From Mobula hypostoma (lineage: Eukaryota): a stretch of 64,000 nt of DNA. The notes under the pieces were generated by a model that saw only the letters and a list, made by a program, of their open reading frames with translations, made no database searches and was not told the origin of the DNA. Numbering within the stretch: the stretch's first letter is position 1; the number at the start of each line of letters is the position of its first letter. Both the position numbers and the translations under genes were made by a program. The stretch is taken from contig NC_086097.1 in NCBI RefSeq assembly GCF_963921235.1, positions 159,404,001 to 159,468,000 of the forward strand. Direction: 5' to 3'. Shown one piece after another: positions 1-11,400 of the stretch.

Positions 1-212
1 TTCTACCACTTCCCTTGGCAGCCTGTTCCAGGCACTTACCATTCTCTGTGGGAAAAAAACTTGCCTGATAAATCCTCTTTAAACTTTCTCCCTTCTCATA
101 TATAAAAAAAGAATGCTCTTTGGCATTTGGTTATTTCTATCCTGGAGAAAAGATGCTGCCCATCTACCTGATATATGTCTCTCATAATTTTATATTCTTC
201 TATCAAGTTGCC
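1..212 (-). mobile_element. Decayed CR1 LINE 3' ORF2 fragment (runs off window start)
   Basis: Reverse strand resembles the CR1 FFTQRVV/WN.LP C-terminal region seen in the other CR1 copies here; heavily mutated. Confidence 0.65.
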
Positions 213-1624
213 CCAGTTTTAGGCCGATTTGTCAGGAAGTTCTGGAGTAAATTAGGGACTGCAAAATTACAGAACATACAGCAAATAACTACAGATCATG
301 ACTCTTTCTCTCTGCTATACTGAAGTTTTCTTCCTCAGGTAGAAGAACATCTGTGTTAGGATATCAATAAGCTGCACCACCGCTTTTGCTTAGCTCTCAG
401 ATGATCAATATTCGGGGTTAGTACCCAGATACCTCACAGTAATCTTGCCCACTCATTGCTCACAGTGCCCGTCTGTCACCCAGTAGAGAAAGAGAAAGAT
501 CCAGAATTAGAGTAAGACTGCCATCAAGAAATCAGATATAAACCTCCATGACTTTGGCTACGATTCCAACCAACTTGGGCATTGAGTGACTGGAATGCAT
601 TATCATTGAAAATCTACTTGGTGCAGTAGAGATAACGGTGCCAAAATGAAATCTCTAGAAGCACTTTGGAAGGCAACAGAGGTGCTAAGTTCTGGAGCTG
701 TGTTGTCCTTCACTACTATTGGCAAAGGACTGTGTGGACTATATAGTATTCCATTCTTCCCCCATCAGGTGACAGATAAAATTGACGTCTCTCTGTTGAT
801 GTGCTGCCTACAGAATTTGACCTATATACCTGGATATCCCTGGATAATTGCCCAGCAGAATGCAGCCCACAGTGCTGGAGTTTCATTAACAAGTGTCACA
901 GACTTACTCCAGATACTTGGTAACTGGCATATTTGGGTTTCAGTAAATGAAAGTCAATTTCTATACGAAGACTAAGATTTTGACCAGCCTAAAGAGATGT
1001 AGAACCCTTCCACAAGAGAATAAGTTATGAGTTGTCAAATGGAAATGATGAAATATTTGTGATCAGTTCAGGTAGATAGAGCAGACATATTAAAATACCC
1101 CTGATATGATTTCAATTGTTAATGTCATGTCATTGATCATTATATCTAATTTTATAAGGATATTGTCACAGTTTAGCTGGTCAGCTTTTAATCAGGCTGT
1201 TAAATTCTACAACAGCTCAATTAATTTGATCTATCAAAAATGCATACAGTTCCCAGTAATATAGCTCTGGAGATTTTAATTTAGCCAATGTGCCCAACAT
1301 GTACAATTAAGCCTCAGCCAACACCCTAAGCAGTACCATATTTTAAATTCTTTGTAATTATCCTTTTGATTCTTCTTCCATCTGTAGGAAAGTTCAAACT
1401 CCAAGGACATAATATTCTCATTAATACAGACAGAAACAGCTTTGCTTCAGATTCTCAACTTTAGCTGAGAGAAAACAAATGACAATTAGAGCTAATCGAC
1501 AGAACAAATGGAGAACTGCTCATGTTATGTCACCTTCATTATAAAATGACAAGGTCACCCCAAACTTAATCATCTCCTTTAGTGTACGGATGATGCTTGC
1601 ATATGCAAATATTCACAGCTTGAT

Positions 1625-2700
1625 CTCTAGGTCCATGGTGCTGTGATGGACGGGTCTGGCCCGGTTGCTGCACAATGTCCTACTCAGCTGGATGTTGCCA
1701 CACTACCTGTCCTTCATGGAGAAGTTCTTCTAGACCAACACCTTTGACCACCAGTCCACCAGGCAGTGGTCAGTACAGAACTTCCTGCAGACACAGCAGG
1801 AGATGGACTCGATGGGCACAGTGGAGGTAGCTCTTTGAGAAGACTATCTGGAACTTCTAGCAGAATTCTGCATCACCAGATCTCGCTATCAGGCAATAAG
1901 ACCTTCCCTGGCTGGCAGTCAGATGGGCCCTATCAGTTGCATCACTCCTGCTGCACACTGCCCCTGAGAGGACTGTAGGTGGGATGAGATGGTGGCTCAC
2001 CTCTTTGTGGATTTTGGGATTGTGAAGAGGGTGTGGAGAAAAATGCAAGAGCCTGTGGTGGTTTGTCATGATTAGCTGTATGGACATGGCCTCAAAGGTT
2101 ATGGTGAAAAGGCTGGAAACTGGGTTTGAGGAGGAGATGAAAAAAAAGGATCAACCATGATTGAATGGCAGGGCAGACTCAATGGGCCAGATGGCCAAAT
2201 TCTGCTCTTATGTCTTGTGGTCTTATGACAGATAATCTATGGACTGCTCCCAGGTAATCCCAGAGAAATGGATATCAATGTTGCTGGAAGATCATCATCT
2301 CAGTAAAAGATGCCCTTTGGTCTGCCTGAAACTTGCCGGTCTGCCAGCACAGCATGATGTCCATAAGGGAATATTGCCGACTGGCATATTCCAGGCCACA
2401 GGAATTTGTGCTGAGGGATGCACTGAAGTTTGGTGCAGCCACTGCACGGGCTCAGTGGGCAAGGACCACAATATTGTGTTCTCCCACTACTGGACATGGA
2501 GGGGCCTGGTTGGGTGAGGAAGCCCCTCGATTGGTGTAGAGATGTGCCATCCCAGGGGCCACGTGAGCAGCAACAGTACTGTTGAGTTTAAAAAATGTAA
2601 TTGAGCTCTCTGTAATACATTGTCTATGTATGTAAGAATGAAAAGGCATTGCGCAATTTATTCTTGAAAGTATTTTTCTCTGCGTCACATTGACTAATTT
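1625..2700 (+). mobile_element. Tx1-clade LINE: ORF2 C-terminus (zf-RVT region) and 3' UTR, decayed, interrupted by a CR1 tail
   Basis: Translation across frameshifts gives PHYLSFMEKFF.TNTFDHQS.RQWS, WLAVRWAL, DEMVAHLFVD..VKRVWRKMQ and CWKIIISVKDALWSA..EYCRLAYSRPQEFVLRDALKFGAATARAQWARTT, typical of the chondrichthyan Tx1 ORF2 end. Confidence 0.85.
2085..2228 (+). mobile_element. CR1 3' tail nested in Tx1
   Basis: ggatcaaccatgattgaatggcagggcagactcaatgggccagatggcc...tctgctcttatgtcttgtggtcttatg matches the 3' ends of CR1 copies at ~9950-10030 and ~48880-48960. Confidence 0.8.
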
Positions 2701-2709
2701 TTTTGTTAT

Positions 2710-2989
2710 ATTGAGATACAGTGCGGAATAGGCCCTTCTAGCCCTTTAAGCTGCACTGCCCAGCATTCCCCAAATTTAATACTAACATAATCATGGGACA
2801 ATCTACAAGGCTCAATCAGCCTATCAAATGGTATGTCTTTGAACTGTGGGAGGAAACCAGAGAACCTGGAGGAAACCTACGCAGTCATGGAGAGAACGTA
2901 CAAACTCCTTACAGGCAGCGGCGGGAAATGAACCCGAGTCACTAGTATTGCAAAGCATTGTGTTAACCACTATTCCATCCGGCCACCCC
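2710..2989 (-). mobile_element. tRNA-derived V-SINE (HE1-like)
   Basis: Minus strand shows a pol III head with a B-box-like ggttcatttcc, the V-domain core (ggagtttgtacgttctc...gtaggtttcctccaggttctctggtttcctcccacagttcaaagac) and a CR1-like tail. Confidence 0.85.
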
Positions 2990-3264
2990 ACAGTAGTGTA
3001 CTCATGGAAGACAATGAGAAAATAGGCTTTCTGCTTAACATTCACAAGACAAAGGATCTCTAACAACCTACATCCACTGCACAAACACTACACTCCCAAT
3101 AAAAATACTTGATGAGGCCAGTCATTATTGCCCACCCCTAAATGCTCTTGAGAAAATAATGGCGATCTCTACCTTATACTTTTGCAGTATATAGGTTTGC
3201 CTATATTTCTGTGGGAAAGGGAACTCTGTTATTTAGGCTCAGAAATGAGAAAGGGCCAACTAAA

Positions 3265-3700
3265 TACAAAGTTTAAAGTAAGTTTATTATTGAAGTACTG
3301 CATGCGTATTTCAGCACATCCTACCTTGAGTTTCATTTTCTTGCAGGTATTCACAGGAAAACAGAGACATACAATAGAATCAATGAACAACTCCACACAA
3401 AGACTGACAAACAAGCAATGTGCTAAAGACGTCAAACTGCAAATAAAAAAATGTAAGTAAATAGATAATACTGAAAACATGAATTGTAGAGTCCTTGAAA
3501 TTGAATCCACAGTTTGTGGGATCTGTTCAGAGTTGAGGCGAGTGAAGTTGTTCAGAAGCCGGAGTGTTGAAAGATAATAACTGTTCCTGAAACTGGTGAT
3601 GTGGGTCCTCAGACTGCTGTACCTGCTTCCCAATAGTAGCAGTGAGAAGAGAAAATAACCTGGATGCTAGGAGTCATTGATGATGGATGCTGCAAAGTAT
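3265..3700 (-). mobile_element. Rex1/Babar LINE 3' end
   Basis: Minus translation AASIINDS.HPGYFLFSLL..GSRYSSLRTHITSFRNSYYLSTLRLLN, followed by a 3' UTR with AATAAA and a short-repeat tail. Confidence 0.8.
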
Positions 3701-3704
3701 GTCC

Positions 3705-4110
3705 TGGCCACAAAGGTAGGTGCCTCAGAGAAGACCTGACTGCTGGGCGTTGCTCCCATGCACCTGCCGCCCTTGCCTTGATGGCTGAAGGCACAGTTCG
3801 GAAAAGTGCCGTAGTAGCCTAGGCGAAAAACTGCAGTGCTCTTTGAGCAGTACTATACTGCTGTCACTGAATGCCAGTGTTGGGAAAATGAATATTTAGG
3901 GCAGTAAATGGTCTGCTAATCAAGTCGGCTGCTTTATCCTGGATGATACCAAGCTGCCTGAACATTGACAGAGCTGCACTCCTCCAGACAAGAGGAGAGT
4001 ATCACAGTACATTTCTACCTTACGCCTTGCAGACAGTGGAAGGGCTTTGGTATATCACAAATTGAGTCCCTTGCTGAAAGACACCCAGCCTGTAACCTGT
4101 AGTGGAGCTT
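3705..4110 (-). mobile_element. Ancient CR1/L2-group LINE, region C-terminal to RT
   Basis: Minus translation YSPLVWRSAA..RQLGIIQDKAADLI...ALNIH...ARAAGAWE, a degenerate post-RT segment of an old shark LINE family. Confidence 0.7.
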
Positions 4111-4599
4111 GCTGGCAATGTGACCCTCAAAGTATAAAAGTTGGGTAACTCAGCTTTATTACATTTCCTCAGCACCTCTGAATGATGTTCCCCTCCCCCT
4201 TCCAGTCCGGTATCTAATTGATCTTGGCACTGCTCAGTCAGTGCATTTTCCATCTCTGAGGTGAACATCTGTGAAGGATTCTTTCATCAAATTAGTCATA
4301 GTCATAGTCATACTTTATTGATCCTGGGGGAAACTAGAGGAGGCCGTGGATAGACATGTCAGAATGGGAATGGGTACAGTAGAGGAGGCCGTGGATAGAC
4401 ATGTCAGAATGGGAATATCCACGGCCTCCTCTACTGTAAAGATGAAGCCACACTCAGGTTGGAGGAACAACACCTTATATTCCGTCTGGGTAGCCTCCAA
4501 CCTGATGGCATGAACATCGACTTCTCTAACTTCCGCTAATGCCCCACCTCCCCCTCGTACCCCAACTGTTACTTTTTTTAAATTTTTAAATTTTTTTAT

Positions 4600-5458
4600 T
4601 GTTACGTACCCCGTAACTGGGTTGCCAAACCAGCAGAAATGGATCACTCAGTTGGAGTCTGGAGTACTAGAACTAAGAAAGTTTTATTAAAGAAACAAGC
4701 AACACATTAATCGAAAGGATAATAAATGCAACAGTTCAGCGATGATAAACGCACATGTGCACAGAATTAAGATAACAGCATCAATCAAGCTCTATCGTTG
4801 TCAGGGGTAAATGACCAATTTCAAAATCACTCAAAGTTCAGTCCAGTTAGTAGTTCAGTTCGCAGTAATCGTTGCCATGGCGGTGGACAACGTGGGGGAA
4901 GAGAGAGATAGAATAGGAACAACTCATCATTCAGCACAGCTTCACTCACAGACCAGCGAGATGGCTCACAAACAGCTTTTGGGCGGGTCCTTGGTGATGT
5001 CACCTGAGGTCACCGACTGTGACCCCTCCTCCAGATGCGGTCGATCCTCTGCAGTGAACCCGGCACCCAGGCAAGGGCGGACACACACCGGGTTCCCGCT
5101 GATCGTACCTTTCCACCCTTGTCGTTGTCTGGCACTTCTCACCCACTCGTGAGAGGCGCACCGCTTCCAGGGTCTTGTTACCTCGGGTGGCGTGTGTGTC
5201 TGTCTTAGCGAACCTGTCCCCTTTTTATCCCCCTGCTGGGGTATCGCCTGTCCATCACTTCAAACAGTTCAGGGTTCAAAGGGGGGAGCCGCTCCAGACA
5301 GCTCTCCCTCCTCCGTCCCTTCATTACCCATCTCCAGACGCTGCTCCATTGTTCCTTATCTCTCCTTCCCCTGAGGGCAGGTGGCAGACCAACTGCTGAT
5401 GCCACTGATGCTAGCCCAGGCCAGCAAACATCTTAATTTTATGTGTATTCTCGTAACA
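4600..5458 (-). mobile_element. Solo LTR (Gypsy/ERV-type), copy 1
   Basis: Termini TGTTACG...CGTAACA (7-bp inverted), 4-bp TSD TTAT (4596-4599, 5459-5462); on the minus strand a TATA-like GGATAAAAAG (~5221-5230) precedes AATAAA (~4683-4688); near-identical copy at 38888-39749. Confidence 0.85.
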
Positions 5459-5710
5459 TTATACACACATTCTTTCTCTCACTCTCCTTTTTCTCCCTCT
5501 GTCCCTCTGAATATACTCCTTGCCCATCCTCTGGGTACCCCCCCCGTCTTTCTTCCCGGACCTCTTGTCCCATGATCCTCTCGTATCCCATTTGCGTATC
5601 ACCTGTCCAGCTCTTGGCTCCATCCCTCCCCCTCCTGTCTTCTCCTATTATTTTGGATCTCCCCCTCCTCCTCCAACTTTCAAATCCCTTACTCACTCTT
5701 CCTTCAGTTA

Positions 5711-5744
5711 GTCCTGACGAAGGGTCTCGGCCTGAAACGTCGAC
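5711..5744 (+). ncRNA. Minimal type I hammerhead ribozyme motif in PLE pLTR
   Basis: gtc-CTGACGA-agg(gtctcgg)cct-GAAA-cg-TC-gac: intact core, stem II, palindromic ACGT helix III and GUC cleavage triplet, as described for PLE minimal hammerheads. Confidence 0.75.
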
Positions 5745-6309
5745 CACACCGCTTCCTAGAGATGCTGCCTGGCCTGCTGCGTTCACCAGCAACTTTGATG
5801 TGTGTTGCAAGACTCTGCAGTAGTTGAAGTCCGAAGTGTAAATGGTGAAGAGAAAGGGAGACAAGACAAGAATTAAGGAAGTTCTAGACCGATAGGAAAG
5901 GAAAGAGTAAGGCATCATAGAGCTACTGTCGATAATCAGGTAAATTTCAGAGAATTTAGATTAAAATTATCAAGCTTGTTACCTTTATTAAAAGGATATG
6001 AATAATATTGATACAGACATTTTGCCTGTTGCAGGGCTTACAATCCTGATTGTGTGACAAATTCTCACCATTCCTGTTCCTTTTCTCTTCCTTACCCTCA
6101 TTTCATTGATATCATCTTCTCTGTGGTCTAGAAGGACAAGGGAAGCAGGCACATGGAAATGCCATCAACTCCAGTCATTATCATATTGTTGTTACTGAAC
6201 CTAAATACAGAAACTTTCCATATGGCTAATCTTTTGGATTGCCTACGCCATGAAAACTGCAGCTCTTCAAGAAGATGGATTCCCACAGTTTCTCAAGGGA
6301 AGTTAGAGA

Positions 6310-9300
6310 TGGGGAAGAGCTTTGACCAGCGGAAGTTTTGAGAGGAGTGGACTTCAATCGGATCCACTACCTGAGTGCAAAAGACAGCAGCAGCTCATTA
6401 CAGTGATAAAGAGCTCTGACCAGCGAAGGCCATCGTCACAGCAGCAGAGTCAGAGTGGTGATCTTCAGGCTTCAGCTCTGAGAGGCTTCAGTCAGAGAAA
6501 GCAAAAGAAAAGAAAAGCTCAAGTTTTTATTTCCTTTCCTTCTTTATATCAGCTCAACTGGGATAGTAGAGATGCCAGGCAGGATAGTTGAATGCTCCTC
6601 TTACAGGAAGTGGGAAGGCAGGGAGACCTCCAGTGTTCCTGATGACTACGACTGCAAGAAGTGCATCCAGCTGCAGTTTCTAACAATCCACGTTAAGGAG
6701 CTGGAGCTGGAACTGGATGAATTCCAGATCATTTGGGATGCTGAGTGGGTGATAGATAGGACATACAGAGAGGTAGTTACACCAATGGTGCAGGACACAG
6801 GAAAATGAGTGACAGTCAGTAAGGGAAAGGGGGTTTAGAAGCCAGTGCAGAGTACCCCTGCGGCCATCTCCCTCAACAACAGGTACATCACTTTAGATAC
6901 TGTCAGGGGGATGACCTAACAGAGGAAGGTCACAGTGGTCAGATCTCTGACAATGAGTCTGCCTCTGTGATTTAGAAAGGAAGGGTGGAGAAGAGGCACG
7001 CTGTGGTGATAGGGGATTTAAACTAGAGCTGCAAGGGGATGGGAACCAGAGTGCCAGAACAGTTAGTGGAGAGTTGGTAAGACCTCAGACAAAGTTAGGA
7101 ATCAAAATATTGAGCATGGTGAGAATAGTGTTTCAATGCAGGATGTATTGTAGGAAAGGTGGATGATAGTGCTGAAGATGAGGTAGCTGGTTTACCAACA
7201 GAGGCAATTTGTGTAGTGAAGAGAGGCTGTTGATAGCGCAAAATTGCAGTCAACAGGATGAGTTGCAATGTAAAAGGCGGACAAAGTCAAAAATAGTGAA
7301 CACAGGACTGTATGTGTTATATTTGAATGTGCACAGTATACGGAATAAGGTAGATGAACTTGCAGCACAGTTACAGATTGGCAGGTATGATGTTGTAGGC
7401 ATCACTGAATCATGGCTGGAAGTAGGTTACAGCTGAGAGCTTAATGTCTAAGGAGATGCATTGTATTGAAAGGACAGGCAGGAAGGCGGTGGGGGGGGCG
7501 GCATTGCTCTGTTGGTAAAAGATGAAATCAAATCATCAGAAAGAGGTGATCTAGTGTTGGAAGGGGTTAAATCATTGTGGATAGAGCAAAGCAACTTCAA
7601 GGGTAAAAAGACCTGATGGGAGTTGTATACAAACCTATAAACCGTAGTAAGGATGTGGCCTACAAATTACAACAGGGATTGAAAATTCATGCCAAAAGGG
7701 CAATACTACAATAGTCATGGGGAACTTCAATATGCAGGTAGTTTGGGAAAATCAGGTTGGTACTGGATTCCAGGAGGGGGATTTTCTAGAGTGGTTACGA
7801 GATGGCTTTTCAGAGCAGCTTGTGGGTAATCCCACTACGGGATCAGTTATTCTAGACTGGGTGTTGTGCAATGAACAAGAATTCATTAGAGGGTGCTTAA
7901 TGTAAAAGGACCATTAGGGGCAAGTGAGCGTAATATGTTTGAATTCACCCTGAAATTTAAGAAGGAGAACCTAAAGCCAGATGTATCAGTATTACAGTGG
8001 AGTAAAGGGAATTACAGAGGCATGAGAGAGGAGTTGGCCAGAATTGATTGGAAAAGAACACTGGCAGGGATGATGGGAGAGCAGCAATGTCTGGAATTTG
8101 TGGAAGCAATTTGGAAACCACAGATTATATATAATCTTCCAGATCTTCCAACTCTTCCAGAGAGGAAGAAGTATTCTAAAGGAAAGCTGACACAACCGTG
8201 GCTAACAAGGGAAGTCAAAGCCGGCATAGAAACCAAAGAAAGGGCATATAATTCAGCAAAAATTTTGGGAAGTTAGAGTTTTGGGAAGCTTTTTAAAACC
8301 AACAGAAGGCAATTAAAAAGTCATTAAGAAGGTAAAAATGGAACACAAAAGTAAGCTACCCAATCATATTAAAGAAGATACCAAAAGTTTCTTCAGGTAC
8401 ATAAAGTATTAAAGAGAGGCTGGAGTGTATATTGGAAACTTGCAAAATGATGCCAGAGAGGTAGTAATGGGGTCAATGAAATGGCAGGTGAACTGAATAA
8501 GTATTTTGCATCAGTCTTCACTTTCAAAGACACTAGCAGAATGGTGGAAATTCCAGGTGTCGGGTGCATGAAGGGTGCAAAGTTACCATAATTAGAGAGA
8601 AGGTCCTTGGGAAATTGAAAGATACAAGTCACCGGGACCAGATGGAGTACACCACAGAGTTCCGAAAGAGGTGGCTGAAGAGATTGTGGAGGCTTTAGGA
8701 TTGATCTATCAAGAATCACTATATTTTGGAATGGTTCTGGAAGACTAGCAAATTGCAAATGCAACACCACTGTTCAAGAAGGGAGAGAAGCAGGAGAAAG
8801 GAAACTATGGGCCAGTTAGTCTGAACTCAATGGTTGGGATGATGTTGGAGTCGATTATTAAGGATAAGGTTTCAAGAGGCAGATGATAGTACAGGCCATA
8901 GCCAACATGGTTTCTTCAAGAGAAAATCTGGCCTTTCAAGAAATAGCAAGCAGGACAGACAAAGGAAAATTGGTTTATGTTGTTTACTTGGATCTTCAGA
9001 AGGCCTTTGACAAGGTGCCACACATGAGTCTACTTAACAAGTTATGAACCCATGGTATTACAGGAAAGATTCTAGCATGGATAAAGCAGTGGCTGATTGG
9101 CAGAAGGCAAAGAGTGGGAATAAAGGGAACCTTTTCAGATTGGCTGCTAATTCATTTTCCGTTGTAGTTTTGAGAAAGTAGAGAGGAAAGTACAGAGGAC
9201 TTACACAGATTGGGAGAAAGGGCAATGAAATGGCAGATGGAATACAGTGTCGAGAAGTGTATGGTCATGCTCTTTGGCAGAAGAAATGAAAGGGTTGACT

Positions 9301-10036
9301 ATTTTCTAAATGGAGAGAAAATACTAAAAACTGAGGTGGGCAGGATTCTCTAAAGGTTAATTTACATAATTTGCATGTTGAGTCTGGGGTGAGGAAGGCA
9401 AATGCAAAATTCGCATTCATTTCAAGAGGACTAGAATATAAAAGCAAGGATGTAATGTTGATACTTTATAAAGCAACAGTGAGGCCTCACTTGAGTATTG
9501 TGATCAGTTTTGGGCCCTTATTTTACAAAGGATGTGCTGAAACTGGAGAGGATGCTAAGGTTGTTCACAAAAAAGATTCCAAGAATGTCTTGTCATAAGA
9601 GGATAACTCTGGGCCCACATTTACCAGAATTCAGAAGAATGAGGGGTGACCTTATTGAAACCTATCAAATGGTGAAAGGCCTTGATAGAGTGGATGTGGA
9701 GAAGATGTTTCCTATGGAGGGAGAGTCTAAGACCAGAGGATGCAGCCTCAGAATACAGGAGTGTCATTTTAGAATGTAGATGAGGTGGAATTTGTTTAAC
9801 CAGAGAGTGGTGAATTTGTGGATTTCTTTGCCACTGACAGCTGTGAAGGCCAAGTCTTTATGTACTGTATATTTAAGGCAGAGATTATTGACTGGTCAGG
9901 ACATGAAGGGATATGAGGAGAAAGCAAGAGATTGAGGCTGATAGGAAAATTGGATCGGCCATGATGAAATTGTGGAGCAGACTTGGTGGACCAAATGGAT
10001 TAATTCTGCTCCTATATCTTATCGTTTTACAGTCTA
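6310..10036 (+). mobile_element. Near full-length, decayed CR1 LINE (ORF1 + ORF2), with internal deletions
   Basis: ORF1 zinc finger and coiled coil (VECSS..WE...DDYDCKKCIQLQ..VKELELELDE) truncated at VVIGD; APE endonuclease (YLNVHSIRNKVDEL, GITESWL, MGNFN, ILDWVLCN); RT (VYLDLQKAFDKVPH); C-terminus RRMRGDLIETY; CR1 tail ending ~10036. Many stops and frameshifts. Confidence 0.95.
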
Positions 10037-10274
10037 AATAACTTCAGACCTTGCCAGCAACACCTAGATCAAAGACAAAATAAAATGTATATATTTATGA
10101 TTTTATCATGTCATACAATTTAGTTATTTTGTTAAAAGACAGAAAATAGTATATCAGTGTTGTAATACTGTTACAACAAACAAGAAGCATGAAATAAAAT
10201 AGAAAAGCTACTGTGAATTTGCAGTTCTGAATATTTGAAATAATGGCAATCCATGTTTTGTCAAATAATGGACA

Positions 10275-10662
10275 TTCATTCATTCCTTCATTGGTTATGT
10301 GCTGTGGTTTATGACATGTGATCACGGTCTTTCTATGACCATGATTGTTCTTCACAAATTTTTCAACAGAAGTGTCTTGCCATTGTCTTTTTCTGGCAGT
10401 GTTTAAACAAGATGGGTTTCCCCAGCCATTATTGATATTTTTCAAAGGTTTTCTGCCTGGCGTCAGTGGTGGCATAACTGGAATTTGTGATATGCGACAG
10501 CTGTTCATCCCACCATCCACCACCTACTCCCATGGCCTCATGTGTCTCTAATCAGGGAGCTAAGCAGATGCTACACCTTGTCCAAGAGTGACCTGTGAGC
10601 TAGTGGAGGGAAGGAAAGCAATACACCTACTTTGCTAAAGTCGTATCTCCACCCCACCAGCC
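10275..10662 (-). mobile_element. Short non-autonomous RTE-derived element (5' UTR fused to 3' end)
   Basis: Body is homologous to the inverted segment of the RTE insertion (15700-15920); its minus-strand end (agaccgtgatcac...cagcacataa...gaatgaatg) resembles the RTE 3' end at 16903-16947; no ORF. Confidence 0.6.
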
Positions 10663-11044
10663 AAAAATAGATGAATATCCATTAAATGTCATTAACCACT
10701 GACTTTATTTGTATGCAGCAATTCACTTCTGCATACAGCCATTATCTGCTGCTCCCTGATATCTTCACTGGTTAATTAAAGTTAGATCATTTCTGACACG
10801 ACAACAGTTCTGAATTCCAAGGAAATATAAGGAACAACTCGGGGAAGTAGTGCCCATTATATCACTTCAGAACATTTACCAAGATAAGAATTTTTTTTTA
10901 AAAATAAATTTGTTATTTTATTTAACTATTTTCTTAGAACAAAATTAATGCTAATATCTGATCTAACAGGAGGTCATAACAAGATATTTGTAATGGAAAA
11001 ATTTAAGCACACTGGTAATAATTTAAAATTGCAATCTCTGAGGT

Positions 11045-11400
11045 GAAATATAGGTTCAATAGGTACATTTAATATCAGAGAAATGTATATAATATACATC
11101 CTGAAATTCTTTATCTTTGCAAACATCCATAAAAACAGAGAACCCTAAAGAATGAATGACAGTTAAATATTAGAACCCTAAAGACCGCCAGCCCCCCTCC
11201 TATGCACAAGCAGCAGCAAGGCAATGACCACCCTCTCTCCCACCAGCAAAAAGGGCATCGGCGCCCTCCACTGAGCACTCAAGCATGCAGCAAAGCTTCA
11301 GCAAAGACACGGACTTGTAGTATCCCAAAGACGACTCGTTCACCCAGTATTTGACATGCCACTGATCTCTCCCTCCCCTGTAAGGGAAAAAGAGGAGCTC
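11045..11400 (-). mobile_element. Non-coding retroposon fragment with Rex1-type 3' tail
   Basis: Minus strand ends in aagaatttcaggatgtatatt...ctgatattaaatgtacctattgaacc, the same tail architecture as other Rex1-associated ends in the window. Confidence 0.5.

Larger units (their letters stand above)
4335..5808 (+). mobile_element. Penelope-like element 3' part (GIY-YIG C-terminus + pLTR), interrupted by a solo LTR
   Basis: 4417-4539 encodes IHGLLYCKDEATLRLEEQHLIFRLGSLQPDGMNIDFSNFR*; pyrimidine-rich pLTR, hammerhead motif at 5711-5744, terminus gatgctgcctggcctgctgcgttcaccagcaactttgatgtgtgttg. Confidence 0.9.

Noticed and set aside
646..975. 109-aa ORF with a possible internal exon ~769-919
   Set aside because: Splice-like sites are plausible but the peptide is unrecognisable and no partner exons were found; chance level in 64 kb.
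2915..2989. tRNA gene
   Set aside because: tRNA-like head of a V-SINE, continuous with the V-domain; no intact cloverleaf.
4811..5405. ORFs repeated at 39100-39727 suggesting a conserved small protein
   Set aside because: Identity reflects two copies of the same LTR; frames are broken differently between the copies.
4600..5458. Interpretation of the 860-bp repeat as a MITE
   Set aside because: Only 7-bp TG..CA inverted ends, variable 4-bp TSDs and an ordered TATA-like/AATAAA layout fit a solo LTR better.
5439..5918. Overlapping 126-159 aa ORFs over the PLE pLTR
   Set aside because: Low-complexity C/T-rich pLTR sequence joined to a ~60-bp Rex1 RT scrap; not a gene.
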